Assembly: GCA_001938485.1 (NCBI GenBank)
Contig: MQRK01176686.1
Span: 1-50,757 of the forward strand
Direction: 5' to 3'
DNA length: 50,757 nt
DNA from: Girardia tigrina
Lineage: Eukaryota
Position 1 is the first letter of the stretch. Every line of letters starts with the position of its first letter. Both the position numbers and the translations under genes were made by a program. Shown one piece after another: positions 1 through 12,199 of the stretch. The notes under the pieces were generated by a model, which was not told where the DNA came from, searched no databases, and was given only the letters and a program-made list of their open reading frames with translations.

Positions 1-378
1 TATGCAACATTTATTGGAAACATCAAAAGTTAAAATGATGAAAGACTTCGAGGAATGGTGGCAAAATGAGGTCAATAGGTTGGAAAATGAAAAAAAAGTT
101 TGTAATTTTATTGTTATGCCTTATATTTTTTTACTAGTTTAATCATTCCATTTTACTATGTGTAAAGAAAACTCCATGCTCATTTATTTTAAACGATCAA
201 GGCATTCAGAAAAAACTTATACTCCGCAAAACGTTTTTTCAAACATTTAAAATTCTTTGAAAGAAAACACTGCAAAATTTATTTTTCAATAACAAATACC
301 TTTCTAATAGATATTGTCTAAACAAAAANNNNNNNNNNNNNNNNNNNNNNNNNNNNNNNNNNNNNNNNNNNNNNNNNN

Positions 379-517
379 TGCATATGTCAATCTTAAAAAT
401 CTCAAAACAGTGATTGAACATATGCAACATTTATTGGAAACATCAAAAGTTAAAATGATGAAAGACTTCGAGGAATGGTGGCAAAATGAGGTCAATAAGT
501 TGGAAAATGAAAAAAAA
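379..517 (+). CDS. KIF6: Kinesin KIF6 internal exon (C-terminal coiled coil); 5' part lost in the N gap; duplicate copy at 1-97
   Basis: YVNLKNLKTVIEHMQHLLETSKVKMMKDFEEWW resembles the KIF6 C-terminal segment (LKxxIEHxQxLxxxxKVKxxKxFExWW); followed by a GTTTGT donor at 518 (phase 0). Confidence 0.8.
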
Positions 518-1061
518 GTTTGTAATTTTATTGTTATGCCTTATATTTTTTTACTAGTTTAATCATTCCATTTTACTCTGTGTAAAGAAAACTCCATGCT
601 CATTTATTTTAAACGATCAAAGCATTCAGAAAAAAACTTATACTCCGCAAAACGTTTTTTCAAACATTTAAAATTCTTTGAAAGAAAACACTGCAAAATT
701 TATTTTTCAATAACAAATACCTTTCTAATAGATATTGTCTAAACAAAAATGCATCCTTATTTTTTCATGTCAAATATGCGTTCATTTTAGTAAATATTTT
801 CATTAAATGTTTTTCAAAACATTGTAAAATATTTAACATGTAACTCTGCCACCAGATTCTGCGTCACTAAAATCAATATCCACTACACACTCGTTCAAAT
901 ATTTCGGTTTTCGTCTTTTCATTTCAGGTCTGTTGCTGATTCCCGATTCACTTTACTCGATTCTTGAAGCTGAGTTATTGTTATTGTCCAACATGTAATC
1001 CGAGTAAGAGTTTCGCGACAGGTCTGGTTGTGTTGGTCGAATATCTGCTATATGCCGTACA

Positions 1062-1782
1062 CCGCAAAAAACCATCACAATTTTCTTATACAGAATCGTC
1101 ACTGGAGACGAGAAATGGTGTCTCTATGTGAATATGAAGCAAAGGAAAGAGTGGGTGAGTCCTGGAGAGAAGCCTAAGCCCAGGATCAAGAAAGACCTGC
1201 AACCGATGAAGACAATGATTTGCGTATGGTTGGATTGGGAAGGTTTAATCCACTTGGAAATGCTTGGAAAGAACATGACAGTAGAAAAGAATCTCTATAA
1301 AGCCCAATTATATCGAATCAAAGAGGCAATTCAACAAAAAAGACCGGATTGACAAGGCCACGTGATCCTCCTCCATGACAATACTCGACCACACACCGCA
1401 AAAACTCCTTCAACATCCTCCCTATACCCCAGACCTCGCCCCGACGGATTACCATCTCTTCCGCTGCCTTTCAAATGAAATGAGGGGTCTTAGCTTCGAG
1501 CCAAATCAGGATCATCTTGAGAATTGGCTCAAAAACTTCTTCGACACTCGACCTAAGGATTTCTGGCGAAATGGAATCAAAAAACTGATGGAAAGATGGG
1601 AAGAAGTCGTGAACAATGAAGGAGTGTACATTATTGATGGAAGTGTTATTATTTTTGTTGTTAAAATTTTATGATTTCATTAAATATATAATTGACTGAG
1701 TCATTATTTTGGTTGTTAAAATTCTTTGATTTCTTTGAAAATAAATGGTTAAAAAACGGCGGGAACTTATGCAACAACCCAA
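1062..1782 (+). mobile_element. 5'-truncated mariner transposase pseudogene with right TIR
   Basis: RIVTGDEKW, ILLHDNTRPH and HPPYTPDLAPTDYHLF motifs; ends ...GAACTTATGCAACAACCCAA followed by TA. Confidence 0.9.
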
Positions 1783-4471
1783 TACATGGCATACTATTTT
1801 CAGGCTTTACTCAGACTAACTGTTGCTCTACAAAGTCGGTATTTACCTTATTGCAAACCGGCTCCCTTTCAATTCTGTTGATTATCTTTAAACTGATGGG
1901 AACGTACTGATAAAGTGCTGAACTGGGTGTCTCATTTCCGTCGGACGGTGTATTGTTATACCACCAGTAGGCTTTCATGATACAGATATTCGATCTAGAC
2001 GCGATTATCTTGATTGTCTTGTGATTTCTCTCTATTATTGCGTTGCAATTTGGTCGATTAATAGCGCGGTATAGGACATGTACATTCCACTTCTCCATCA
2101 ACTTGCTGAATACGGCTGAATGAAATGTCGTATAATTGTCAATAATCAACTCCTTTGGAAATCCACGCTCGCAGAACAAATTCAAAAACTCTAACAATCG
2201 CCTTGACGTCCTCCGTCTTGATCTGTTTTCATACAGCAAATCGAGGGGGACCACAATCAATGATACTTAAGAATTTTTGTTGATCGAATTTTGTGGCATC
2301 CGCTTGAAGTCTTGTCCAGTTTTCATTTTATTGGTGCGGATCGATTGAATGTCAACTTTGACAATTCGAGATCAAAACATTTACAATTTATCGCACAGAT
2401 ATCACATTCTGGTTGTACCTAAATGACATCTGACATAAAATTTCTGTAGTTTGAATAGGTCATCTGTTACAGACAAAAGGTAACTGCTAAGTTTTAGTTG
2501 TTTTGTTATTCTTGTCAGTTCATTAGCCTTGTTGTCTTCACTATTAACAAACTAAATTTTCAAAATTATTTCGTATTCCTGACACAACTCCTTAATCATT
2601 GACAAGCGCCGCCTTATCAAAAGTTCGAAAGAGGCTTTCGTGTGTAATTTATTTCGCTCTGATAGTGCCTCAGTTATCCAAGAAACTACTGATTTGTTAT
2701 CTGATTTTACTACAGCATTTTTTAGCCCCCATATAATATATAAATTACAACTACTTCTAGTTCTGCTACGTTTATGTGCCTAGAGTCCTCAGTTTTCCTT
2801 AACCATGATGCATTTTTTCTTCTATTTCTTTAAACTTCCAACGCTGACCCAATGACTATCGAACTGGCGTCACACCATATTAGGGCTTGCAATTAGACGT
2901 GGGCACGTTTTAAAATTATTTAAACGCTTAAACGGTCTTCGTTTAGCAAATTAAACGTTTAAAATTTTAATTATAAGCTTCATCAAAAACCAATACCTTT
3001 TCTTCAATACAATACATCTCGTTTTTAAAACTTTTTTACTCGAAAAAAATTAGAAAAGGAACAAATATAATTTAAATAATTTTGCGTCTAACAAAAAAAT
3101 TTACTGGAAATTTTGATGCAATTCTCAAATATGATATTAATGCCACTTTTCATATTTTGTATTAGGGGTACCCAAATGTTATATCGTTTTTTTTTGATAT
3201 ATTTTTCTAAATCGTTTAACTGCCGCCTACATTATTTTGACTCTACCATTTTTATTTATTAATTTCAGTTAGTGTATTAACTTTGATTTGTGCCTATTTT
3301 TANNNNNNNNNNNNNNNNNNNNNNNNNNNNNNNNNNNNNNNNNNNNNNNNNNATGACATACTATTTTCAGGCTTTACCCAGACTAACTGTTGCTCTACAA
3401 AGTCGGTATTTACCTTATTGTAAACCGGCTCCCTTTCAATTCTGTTGATTATCTTTAAACTGATGGGAACGTACTGGTAAAGTGCTGAACTGTGTCTCAT
3501 TTCCGTCGGACGGTGTATTGTTATACCACCAGAAGGCTTTCATGATACAGATATTCGATCTAGACGCGATTCTCTTGATTGTCTTGTGCTTTCTCTCTAT
3601 TATTGCGTTGCAATTTGGTCGATTGATAGCGCGGTATAGGACATGTACATTCCACTTCTCCATCAACTTGCTGAATACGGCTGAATGAAATGTCGTATAA
3701 TTGTCAATAATCAACTCCTTGGGAAATCCACGCTCGCAGAACAAATTCAAAAATTCTAACAATCGACTTGACGTCCTCCGCCTTGATCTGTTTTCATACA
3801 GCAAATCGAGGGGGACCACAATCATTGATACTTAAGAATTTTTGTTGATCAAATTTTGTGACATGCGCTTGAAGTCTTGTCCAGTTTTCATTGACGGCTA
3901 GTTGGCCAGTTTCCAATTTTATTGGTGCGGATCGATTGATTGTCAACTTTGACACTTCGAGATCAAAACATTTACAATTTATCGCACAGATATCACATTC
4001 TGGTTGTACCTAAATGACATCTGACATAAAATTTCTGTAGTTTGAATAGGTCATCTGTTACAGACAAAAGGTAACTGCTAAGTTTTAGTTGTTTTGTTAT
4101 TCTTGTCAGTTCATCAGCCTTGTTGTCTTCACTATTAACAAACTAAATTTTCAAAATTATTTCGTATTCTTGACACAACTCCTTAATCATTGACAAGCGC
4201 CGCTTTATCAAAAGCTCGAAAGAGGCTTTCGTGTGTAATTTATTTCGCTCTGATAGTGCCTCAGTTATCCAAGAAACTACTGATTTGTTATCTGATTATA
4301 CTACAGCATTTTTTAGCCCCCATATAATATATAAATTACAACTGCTTCTAGTTCTGCTACGTTTATGTGCCTAGAGTCCTCAGTTTTCCTTAACCATGAT
4401 GCATTTTTTCTTCTATTTCTTTAAACTTCCAACGCTGATCCAATGACTATCGAACTGGCGTCACACCATAT

Positions 4472-5793
4472 TAGGGCTTGCAATTAGACGTGGGCACGTT
4501 TTAAAATTTTTTAAACGCTTAAACGGTCTTCGTTTAGCAAATTAAACGTTTAAAATTTTAATTATAAGCTTCATCAAAAAACCAATACCTTTTCTTCAAT
4601 ACAATACATCTTGTTTTTAAAACTTTTTTACTCGAAAAAAATTAGAAAAGGAACAAATATAATTTAAATAATTTTGCGTCTAACAAAAAAAATTACTGGA
4701 AATTTTGATGCAATTCTCAAATATGATATTAATGCCACTTTTCATATTTTGTATTTATAGTCCCACGAAAAAGCTCAATAGATTGGGACAATGTGTTCTT
4801 TACAAATGAATAGGCCTTAGGTAGCGTGATAAAAGTTTCAAAAAAGTATAACCCATATAGTGAGTTTGAAATACGAACTTAAGAACTATACGCTCGTTTA
4901 TAAATCGCTAAACGTTTAAACGTCTTAAAAATCGAAAACGTTTAAACGCGAAACGTGCCCACCTCTACTTGCAATACCGATATTACCGGTATTGTGGAGT
5001 TTTAAAACCGATATTAAAATTAAGAATTAAAAACTTTTATCTATATACAATATTTTTACACCCTTTAATTATTATTTTTTATTTTTAAATTAATTTTATG
5101 TTCATTGGAAAAACTAATTTTGAAATATTGGTCTGGCAAGAGTTCATAGTTTAATTCGTGCTGTGAAATGTCTTGAAATTTTAAAATTCTAAATTATCTA
5201 TATTCAAACTTTAGTTAGACGATTTTTTTACAACAGATGGTGCATCTGTAATGAAAGAATTAGTACATTGTTGAAAATTGGACATCAGTTTTGCTTTGTC
5301 CATGCAGTTGACTGTATCATATGTTCTGTGTAAAAATTTTATATTATTTTAATAACACAAAGGATGAACATCTATCTTATGGCTGTTTAAAGGAAGATGA
5401 CAATTATGAAGAGATGATTTTAGTGTCTGATGAAACAGAAGAAGTTCATGTGCTGAAAATGAATTCTTCTATTATTCCATTAACTGCAAAAATTCATAAG
5501 CTTGTGAAAATCTCCAACCAGAAATGATATTCTTCAAAATTATGTTACATCCCAATTAGTAAAGAAAAAATGTTTAATACATGATTCTAAAACCAGGTGG
5601 AATACTCTGTTTGATATGCTCGAGAGATTTTATGAATTATATGATTATGTTAGGAATTCTTTGCTAGATGTAAAGGTTTATTTATTATTTTTTGAAGATG
5701 AATTGAGGCTGTATTACCTGTATTACAAAGTTTGGCGAGAAACAAATACCGGTAATACCGGTATTGGAAATATCCGGTATTCTGCATTCCCTA
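4472..5793 (+). mobile_element. Deleted hAT transposon inserted in the Gypsy-like RNase H region
   Basis: Ends TAGGGCTTGCA / TGCATTCCCTA; near-identical 8-bp flanks CACCATAT / CACCATTT; relic motifs TTDGASVMK and DSKTRWNTLFDMLERF; the Gypsy frame resumes after it. Confidence 0.85.
4485..4967. mobile_element. hAT-type MITE nested in the terminus of the hAT element (partial second copy from ~2894)
   Basis: TIRs TAGACGTGGGCACGTTT / AAACGTGCCCACCTCTA; exact 8-bp TSD CTTGCAAT at 4477-4484 and 4968-4975. Confidence 0.9.
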
Positions 5794-6358
5794 CACCATT
5801 TGATACCGTCTTTACAATCATCAATATTCCATATACCTCTACAAGGATCTTCCTCCTTGACCTTTTTCAAAACGAATTTGATTTTCTCAAATAATTTGAC
5901 TTCTATCCTCGCATCCCATTTTCCTTCACTGAGCCTTTTCATGTAGGGACATGATGGACGTAGCCAACCAGCAACAGAGTGGATTCCTACTTAATGAAAT
6001 CTAATCCATCTCACCGAATTTTTATTTCTAAAGACTAACTTTATCGAATTCAAAAACTTATAATTGATCTTATATTCAATAACTTTTTTACAATTTGCAC
6101 TTTGGCTGGATGTCGCTTTTGTCGGGTCTCCAACATTGTCTAATAGAACCTAATGACATTATTGATTTCATAATAATTTTTTCGTTGTATAAGGAATAAA
6201 ACTAATGTCAATTTTACTCTGAAAATGGGAAGTGATCCGCCGAAATTAAGAACTAAAATAAAACTTAAAATTTCGTTCAGAGTTCTGATTTTAATTTTAA
6301 TTTGCCATCATTTTTTGATTTTTTTGCGATGTTTTTGTGAATATCAATTTTTTTTCAG

Positions 6359-6614
6359 AGTCAAGTAACCAGTCAACCTTATTCTAATGAGAAACCCTCC
6401 CCAGTAACAAGTAATTAATAAACTATTGTTTGGGACTACGTACCTAATTATCATTTAAGAGTACCCCTTAATCCAGTCATCTCGTATCGCTTCCTCCAAC
6501 TCCTCCAGTTGGTCAACTTCTCATACAAGTACTGACATTCCCCTAACAGGTGATCCAAAAGTCGATTCTGATATTCAGAAATTCATTGCAGCTCGAAACA
6601 AATTACGCCAATAA
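6359..6614 (+). CDS. KIF6: KIF6 last two exons (6359-6410, 6460-6614; 49-bp GT-AG intron)
   Basis: TTTTTCAG acceptor is phase-compatible with exon 379-517. The spliced product ends TDIPLTGDPKVDSDIQKFIAARNKLRQ*, matching the KIF6 terminal motif IPLTGD..xDxDIxxFIxAR. AATAAA at 6645. Confidence 0.85.
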
Positions 6615-6723
6615 CATTACTACTACTACTACTACTATTGTGACAATAAATCATTCTATTTATAAATAATTTCAGTGAAATAAAATGATAAAATTTATTT
6701 CGTATTTCAGAAAATAAATTCAT

Positions 6724-8325
6724 TCAATCCAAAGACGCCTCTTCATAATCTCTGATCATGTAGGCCAACTCCTCTCGACACAACTGAAACTCTTCTTCTT
6801 CAACTCCTTCTCCGACAAACCAATAGATGAACGCTTTTTTCCGATATAATAGCTCAAATTTTCTAATCACAGTATTCCAGGCGTCCTCTATTGATGTGTG
6901 ATTGGCGACCATACAGCAGGATTTCGGCAACTTGGACAAATCCGATCCGGCGACATGCGCTTGTTTGGAATCATTAATGTCCAGCTTGATTCCCGATGGA
7001 CACCAGCTGGCGAATTTCACTCGAGCCTTTACCAATTGCATCGCTCGACGGGCGTCCAGCAGTTCGACGTCACCACGGTAGAGCAAACAGGCGCTCATGT
7101 ATCGACCGGCCGATAAATCACATTTAACGAAACTGTGATCCCAGCGAAATAAATCCTGAGTTATGTCATCGATTTTCAACATATCGAATTTGGAATTATC
7201 GGTCGTAATAATCGGACTGAATGTGACCAATGGAAAGTGAAGTCTCGGATAAGCGATGAGATTGGTCTGAAATTCAATCATGTCTCCTTGGAGAGCTCCC
7301 TTGAATCTTAAAGGCGCTGTGATTCCGCTGACAACTTGAGAAATGAGCCGATTGATATTGCCGAATGACGGTCTCTGCACACCTAATTTGGTTCTGCAGA
7401 TGTCCCATATTGCCTCATTGTCCATGATGAATGACAGCTCGATGTCGGACAGACTGCACGATGTGGCCAACAAGGAGTTGTAGGGCTCCACAAGAATGTT
7501 TGTCAGTCTCGGGCATGGGAACAGAGTTAGCTGAAATTTGAAGGCTTTTCGGTAGATATGGTTGACGTGCTCAAGAAGAAGAGTAAAAAGTCCCGAGCCA
7601 GTTCCGCCACCAATACTGTGTGTGAATAAAATGCCTTGAAGTCCGCTACATAATTCGACTTGTTTTCTAACTTGTTCGAGAACGGCATCGAGAATTCGTT
7701 CTCCAAATCGATTATGAGCTCGACCGTAATTATTCGAGGAATCTGATATTCCATGAATCAATTGATCTGGATGAAACAGATTTCTATACGAACTTTTCTT
7801 TATCTCATCTGAAAATCAAAGAGAAATTTCATTAAAATTATTGAAGATAAATTATTCTTTTTTACCAATAATCGAAGCTTCTAAATCAATAAATATGCAT
7901 CTTGGAACAAAACGCCCAGCACCAGCCTCATCATAAACAGAATTAGTTGCCAAATCTTTAAAGGCGTGTGGACCTTTAGCTAGGCCTTCAACGTTAATAT
8001 TGTGCTCTTCATTAAATAACTCCCAGTAACTTGTGCCAACTTGACAACCCGCTTGACCAAGATTTATAAAAATAATTTCCTGAGACCTAGGCTATAAAAT
8101 TATGTTTACTAATCCATTTGTTAAATTCTTATAGAATAGATTAATATTATTATAGATTATCCAACTTGGAGTAAATTATATAACTACTATAAATAAACTT
8201 TTATAAAAACTAAATTATCTTGGAAATTACATATTAAGAACATTTAGACAAGTCTCGTTTGAATTTTTATTACAATCACATTTAGAGTCATTTTGACTCT
8301 CAGAAAGTCTTTCATCGTTTGCCAT
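6724..8325 (-). CDS. Divergent alpha-tubulin; exons 8325-8231 (tentative), 8086-7866, 7808-6724
   Basis: LGQAGCQVG, FVPRCIFIDLE, LFHPDQLI, HSIGGGTGSG, VEPYNS, DNEAIWDIC, EFQTNL..YPRLHFP, WFVGEGVEE; GT-AG intron 7809-7865. The first exon is inferred from an open frame and a phase-2 GTAATT donor. Confidence 0.92.
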
Positions 8326-8621
8326 CGTTCTAATTGGTTTTCTTATTTCTATTTTTAATCATGATTATTCGAACAATTTTTCTAAATTATTTTTTAAAAT
8401 ATTTAACCTCTAAAAAATATTTATTAAAAATAACAATTTTGACCATCTCTCAATAAAAACACAAAATTATAAAAATGACATCAAATAATTAAAAATGAAT
8501 TTTATTTAAATTTTATTAATTTTATTTGTATCTAATTAAATGTTTTTTTGTCTTAAAGAAATATTAAACTTAATTTTAATTGTTAACTTAAAAAATGTAA
8601 ACTTATCAAATTATTATTTTA

Positions 8622-9626
8622 TTAGGTGTACAAGTATGAAATGCGGATTTCAGAAAACGGATTGTGCACAATGCAAAAAGTAGGTCAATGGTTAGGCAAT
8701 GATGTCATAATATTGAGTAATTATGTAGTGTNNNNNNNNNNNNNNNNNNNNNNNNNNNNNNNNNNNNNNNNNNNNNNNNNNNNNNNNNNNNNNNNNNNNN
8801 NNNNNNNNNNNNNNNNNNNNNNNGGTACTAATTTTTTGTTACCATCTAAAGAAAACTGCTGCTGAATCATACCGATTACTCCAAGAAGCTTATGGTGAAT
8901 ATGCCCCATCGTAAGATACATGTGAACGATGGTTTCGGCGCTACCATGGTGGTGACTTTGATATTGCAGATAAGGACCATGGGAAACCACGAAAAGGTTT
9001 CGAAAATGTGGAATTGCAAGCTTTGTTGGACGAAGATGATTCGCAAACACAAAACCAACTGGCAGAGCAATTAAGTGTTACTCAACAAGCTGTTAGCAAT
9101 CGCCTCAGGCAGATGGAAAGATTCATAAGATCGGCCGATGGGTATCATATCAATTGAACGATAGGCAGATGGAGAGTCGCAAAACCACTTGTGAAATCTT
9201 GCTTGCACGATACAAAAAATACCTCAAAAAGCAACACAAGGTTATTCTTCTCCATGACAACGCTTCGTCACATACATCAAAACCGGTTCGCGCCATGTTG
9301 GAGGAAATGAATTGGGAAGTTTTACCTCATGCGGCATATTCACCAGACTTGGTTCCTTCAGATTACCATTTGTTTGCATCGATGGGTCACGCACTTGCTC
9401 AGCAGCGCTTTGATTCTTACGAAAATGTGCAAAAATGGATCGATGAATGGTTCATGGAAAAAAAGGAAGACTTTTACTGGCGAGGTATCCACAATTTGAG
9501 ATATAGATGGGACAAATGTATCATTAGTAATGGAGCATATTTTGAATAAAGCTTTTTTTATCGTTCTTTTGTTTTTAACGTATTTCTTTTCAAAATTTAA
9601 TCCGCATTTCATACTTGTACACCTAA
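8622..9626 (+). mobile_element. Internally deleted mariner, mauritiana (Mos1-like) subfamily
   Basis: Perfect 28-bp TIRs TTAGGTGTACAAGTATGAAATGCGGATT with TA on both sides; ELQALLDEDDSQTQNQLAEQL, LNDRQMESRKTTCEILL, HAAYSPDLVPSDYHLF; the region with the first catalytic D is deleted near 9219. Confidence 0.95.
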
Positions 9627-9725
9627 TAATTATGTTCGAATAGTCAATCATTTTAAACATTAAAAAGTACCAATTTCCATCTGGGAGATAGAATCGCCCT
9701 TCTAAATTCAACATATATCATCAAC

Positions 9726-10692
9726 CAGTGTTCTCGACTCGAATCGCGACTTAAGTCTTCAAATCGACTCGACTCGAAAAATTATTAAAGTGATTGGACT
9801 CTCGGACTCATTAAAAACATTGATTCGACTCAATAAAAATTAAACTGACACGAATTTTAAATGTTTCTGATTCACTGGACTCGAATTTATTGACAGACTT
9901 TAAAATTTAGTAAATATTAAAATCAAATTTATAATATTATTAACAGTAATTATTATTGTCAATTGAGTGTATAAATGTTTTAATTTAACTTTATAAAGCT
10001 TCATGTTTTTTTTCATCTTAATCGTACATTTTAGAATTTTAAATTAAAAAAATGTTTTAAAAAAGTTTATTATTTATTTTTTAAGATCCCATGTTGATTA
10101 ACAGTAAGCAAAATCATTAATGTTTACTTGGTTAAACCACGTCTTTCTATCGGAAACAAATTAATTAATAAATATTCATAAATTAATTAATAAATATTTA
10201 TTATCAGAATAAACATTATTAATATTATTTAAATAATACTAATTTGGTTTTCCATAATTTACTTCATCTGTATTTCTTTTATAAAATATTCCAAATTGAA
10301 TGTTATGGAACAATTGTTTGAGTTATTGTATTCCCATTTTATTATTGATTTAGGCGGGATTATTAAAAAAAATTGCCAGACAAATTTATTACATCAAATA
10401 ATATAAAATTAATTAATTAATATTCATAAATTAATTAATAAATATTAGGGTTTGGGTTATGGTTAATATATTTAGTGTCTTTACTTGTGAAATGTAATTA
10501 AGAGTCACTTGACTCGACTCTTTACTCGTAAAACGTTTTAGAGACTCGACTTGTAAAATATGTCAGGTGAATTGACTCGACTCGTGACTCGTAACAAATT
10601 TTAGCGACTCGACTCAAAACTCGACGCGCAAAATATTTAGGGCAACTCGATTCGACTCGAGTAAAGAAAATAGTGACTCGACGACAACAGTG
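9726..10692. mobile_element. Non-autonomous hAT-like element with GACTC subterminal arrays
   Basis: CAGTGTT / AACAGTG ends; 6/8-matching flanks TCATCAAC / GCATCAGC; clustered GACTC(G) repeats at both ends; splits a copy of the repeat also seen at 20268 and 39945. Confidence 0.65.
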
Positions 10693-11242
10693 GCATCAGC
10701 ATTCACACATTCAAACAATTAAAAATATTCCTCACAAATAGGATTTTTGAAACATTTGTCAACAAGTTGATGTACATAACGCCGCACTATGTCGTGTTTT
10801 TCGTCATTAAAACTGAGAGAACTTATATCGGCGCCGCGTGTTAATTTTCACAAAAATTTGTACATGTCAATTATTAACTCAAAAATATAACAAAATATAA
10901 GTTTTAACAAATTTAACAAAGGAAATGTTACTGGCCGAGTTTACATAGTTCTCATAAATCCTTGTGTCCATCAATATGTTAATATCATAATTAAAATTAT
11001 CTTCATAGCGATTCTTATCATAGTCCTCCGTATTTGACATCTTTTCGGGTTAATTAATTTCCTTCCTACAGTTTAGCTCTATTAAGGAAACATTTTTTGT
11101 CTGTGAGCAAAAGTGCCAGATTGGTACATGAATGCATTCGCACCATGTTTCGGACCGAAGCCTTCCTAAACACTGCTGTGGTTTTCATTGGGGTTTACTC
11201 ACGGCCTTACCCTGCACCTATCAATTGGATGATCGTTTTACG

Positions 11243-11575
11243 CTAAGCCCAACACTTATCCTGTGATGATGAGTTCATAGAATTTGAGTGAAACTCTTCC
11301 TCCCATGATGAGTTATTTTCATCCTCACACGAGTCTCCAACCCACCTCCTATATGGGAAAGAGACTTCTTCGTTCTCGGATGATTCATGGCCTTGGATTT
11401 CATCCTCTTCCTCCCCTTGATGCATTTTAATCATATAATTGTGTGATTGTAAGAGTGTATCCAGGGCGGCTGGATCAAAGTCCTCAGTGACCTCAGATTT
11501 CACATGTTCATGTTCCATCTCTTCCATCATGAGCTTTGATTCATGGGGCTCTTTCTTTATTGTGGAAATACCCAC
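11243..11575 (-). other. Orphan acidic ORF within a GC-elevated island (10740-12180) of unknown origin
   Basis: 110-codon E/S/D-rich ORF; TATA-like GTATAAATA on the minus strand near 11767-11775; no recognisable domain. Confidence 0.3.
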
Positions 11576-12199
11576 GACAGTGACCTTTGTTCGTTGTACT
11601 ACCTGTGTGGTAATTAACAGGGACTGCGTAAGTCATCGCCTTGTGATAGAAATACAACTTACTATAATTCAACCTCCCCATAAACAGTGCCATGGAAGGT
11701 AACTGTAGAAATTAGACTTCTCGCAAAGTGACCAGCACCGCTTTGTTTTGTCATTCGTGTGTCCAGTATTTATACATTAATATTCTTAGTGTTCTGAACA
11801 CACTGTCCTTCAGGAGGGTGGAAGCAGTATGTTATAATTCGTTTCATCTCTTATAGTCATAGTCTCCCCATTTGGAAAAGTCCTTTCCAATACAAGGGAT
11901 TGGTGGAGATGAAGACACATTCCTTATTCGTTCTGCATTATACTTACATGAATCTGGTACAGCTTTTTAATCTTATGTATGATGAACTTGATCTTCCCCG
12001 AAGTTGTTCCTGCGTTGAGCCAGTCTAATTCCGCCTCGTTCGACAGGTGATTCAACTTTCGGGACCTGTTGCACCTCTCTGGAGGGAGAAGATCGCCACA
12101 TCCCTTGTGACTCTGTCACAACACGCTATCATCTAGAAACTGTGGGCCAGGGATTGAATCAGGCCCTCATCTAGTACTGATTTTATTCCTAATCCCATT

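Larger units (their letters stand above)
840..6170 (-). mobile_element. Decayed Gypsy-like LTR retrotransposon pol (RT end, RNase H, integrase) inside the KIF6 intron; interrupted by other elements and partly duplicated across a gap
   Basis: WLRPSC..KR, EDPCRGIW..WCDASS, HINVAELE-like RNase H, integrase core GFPKELIIDN...NAIIERNHKTIK...WYNNTP, and C-terminal GVRHIADIRP at ~1030-1060. Confidence 0.8.

Noticed and set aside
1-749. Apparent tandem duplication of a KIF6 exon (1-328 vs 421-749)
   Set aside because: Near-identical copies either side of a 50-N gap; most likely an uncollapsed contig overlap or haplotype.
1790-4755. Two integrase ORFs suggesting two elements or long terminal repeats
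   Set aside because: The same segment repeated across a gap with few differences; treated as allelic or assembly duplication.
6898-7754. Antisense and alternate-frame ORFs over tubulin, and similar shadow ORFs over TE genes
   Set aside because: By-products of GC-richer coding sequence; no independent motifs.
9726-10692. GACTCGACTC arrays as a CRISPR or iteron-like array
   Set aside because: Irregular short subterminal repeats of a hAT-like element; no repeat-spacer periodicity; eukaryotic context.
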